DNA of 19,351 nucleotides from Octopus sinensis (lineage: Eukaryota): contig NW_021824279.1 of assembly GCF_006345805.1 (NCBI RefSeq), positions 1 through 19,351 on the forward strand, in the 5' to 3' direction. Positions 18,890 through 19,351 of this stretch are shown one piece after another. A program made the translations under genes and the position numbers. The notes beneath the pieces are model-generated. The model saw only the letters and a program-made list of their open reading frames with translations. It searched no databases and had not been told where the DNA came from. Numbering within the stretch: the stretch's first letter is position 1; every line of letters begins with the position of its first letter.

Positions 18890-19351
18890 TGAGGGGGTAC
18901 CCGAAAGGAACCGGAATTTTGCAATGTTATTTTATTCACTTAGTTTTACATGTTTACACTTCTATCGCCTTCAAAATATTCTTCATTTGAAGCAATGTAT
19001 CGGTACAGACGCGTTTTCCACTGTTCGAAGCAATGCTGGAACTCTTGCGATGTGATGCATTTTAACGCCTCCGTGGTTTTTTTCTCCACATCTTCCACAT
19101 CTGCAAATTCCGTAACAGCATCTTTCGTCACCAGTGATGACCTTCAAAAAGCAGTCCGGATCAACTTCCAACAGTTTTCAGTTCACGACACGTATTCAGT
19201 TGTGGCTGCTTTTGATCTTCCGTGAGCAAGCGAGGAGCAAACTTTGCTGCAACTCTTTTCGTTCGTAATTCCTTGCTCAAAATTCGTTGGTAAGAACTGA
19301 AGGACACACCAGTCATATAAACAGGTTCGTCAATTGTTCGTTGACGGTCCT
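18890..19351 (-). mobile_element. Internally deleted mariner (irritans-like), 3' end; continues beyond the window
   Basis: TA (18888-89), then TIR-like TGAGGGGGTACCCGAAAGGAACCGGAAT (18890-18917). Minus-strand translation: DRQRTIDEPVYMTGVSFSSYQRILSKELRTKRVAAKFAPRLLTEDQK...CRELK/LEVDPDCFLKVITGDERCCYG/FADVEDVEKKTTEALKCITSQEFQHCFEQWKTRLYRYIASNEEYFEGDRSVNM*. The first catalytic motif TGDE is at 19124-19135. The deletion junction at ~19108-19111 removes the second and third Asp regions. Confidence 0.93.

Noticed and set aside
5337-19351. All three mariners are oriented on the minus strand
   Set aside because: With three elements, shared orientation has a 1-in-4 chance; not significant.
1-19351. 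CRISPR-like or prokaryotic defence system
   Set aside because: No repeat-spacer array, operon or prokaryotic gene; the sequence is eukaryotic repeat-rich DNA.

Overview
AT-rich, extremely microsatellite-dense eukaryotic (animal) non-coding DNA with no credible host protein-coding exon. Nearly all long ORFs in the supplied track are translations of simple repeats (poly-YI, HT, MYVC, poly-I/H). The tRNA-derived SINE families and repeat density look like coleoid cephalopod (Octopus-like) DNA; this is inference from recalled repeat families, not a database result. The interpretable content is a transposon graveyard. There are three different internally deleted mariner elements: a 558-bp one with perfect 30-bp TIRs, a decayed 843-bp one, and one running off the right edge. 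There is also the 3' end of a hAT transposon, a Penelope-like GIY-YIG endonuclease remnant, a possible RTE-LINE tail, several tRNA-derived SINEs (one complete, with a 13-bp TSD), and a 5S rRNA pseudogene abutting a SINE. Two degenerate type I hammerhead-ribozyme-like motifs of the Penelope/retrozyme kind are the most interesting non-obvious signal. A few unique islands between repeats carry clustered transcription-factor-like motifs and may be cis-regulatory. I found no evidence for a genuinely new protein-based system.
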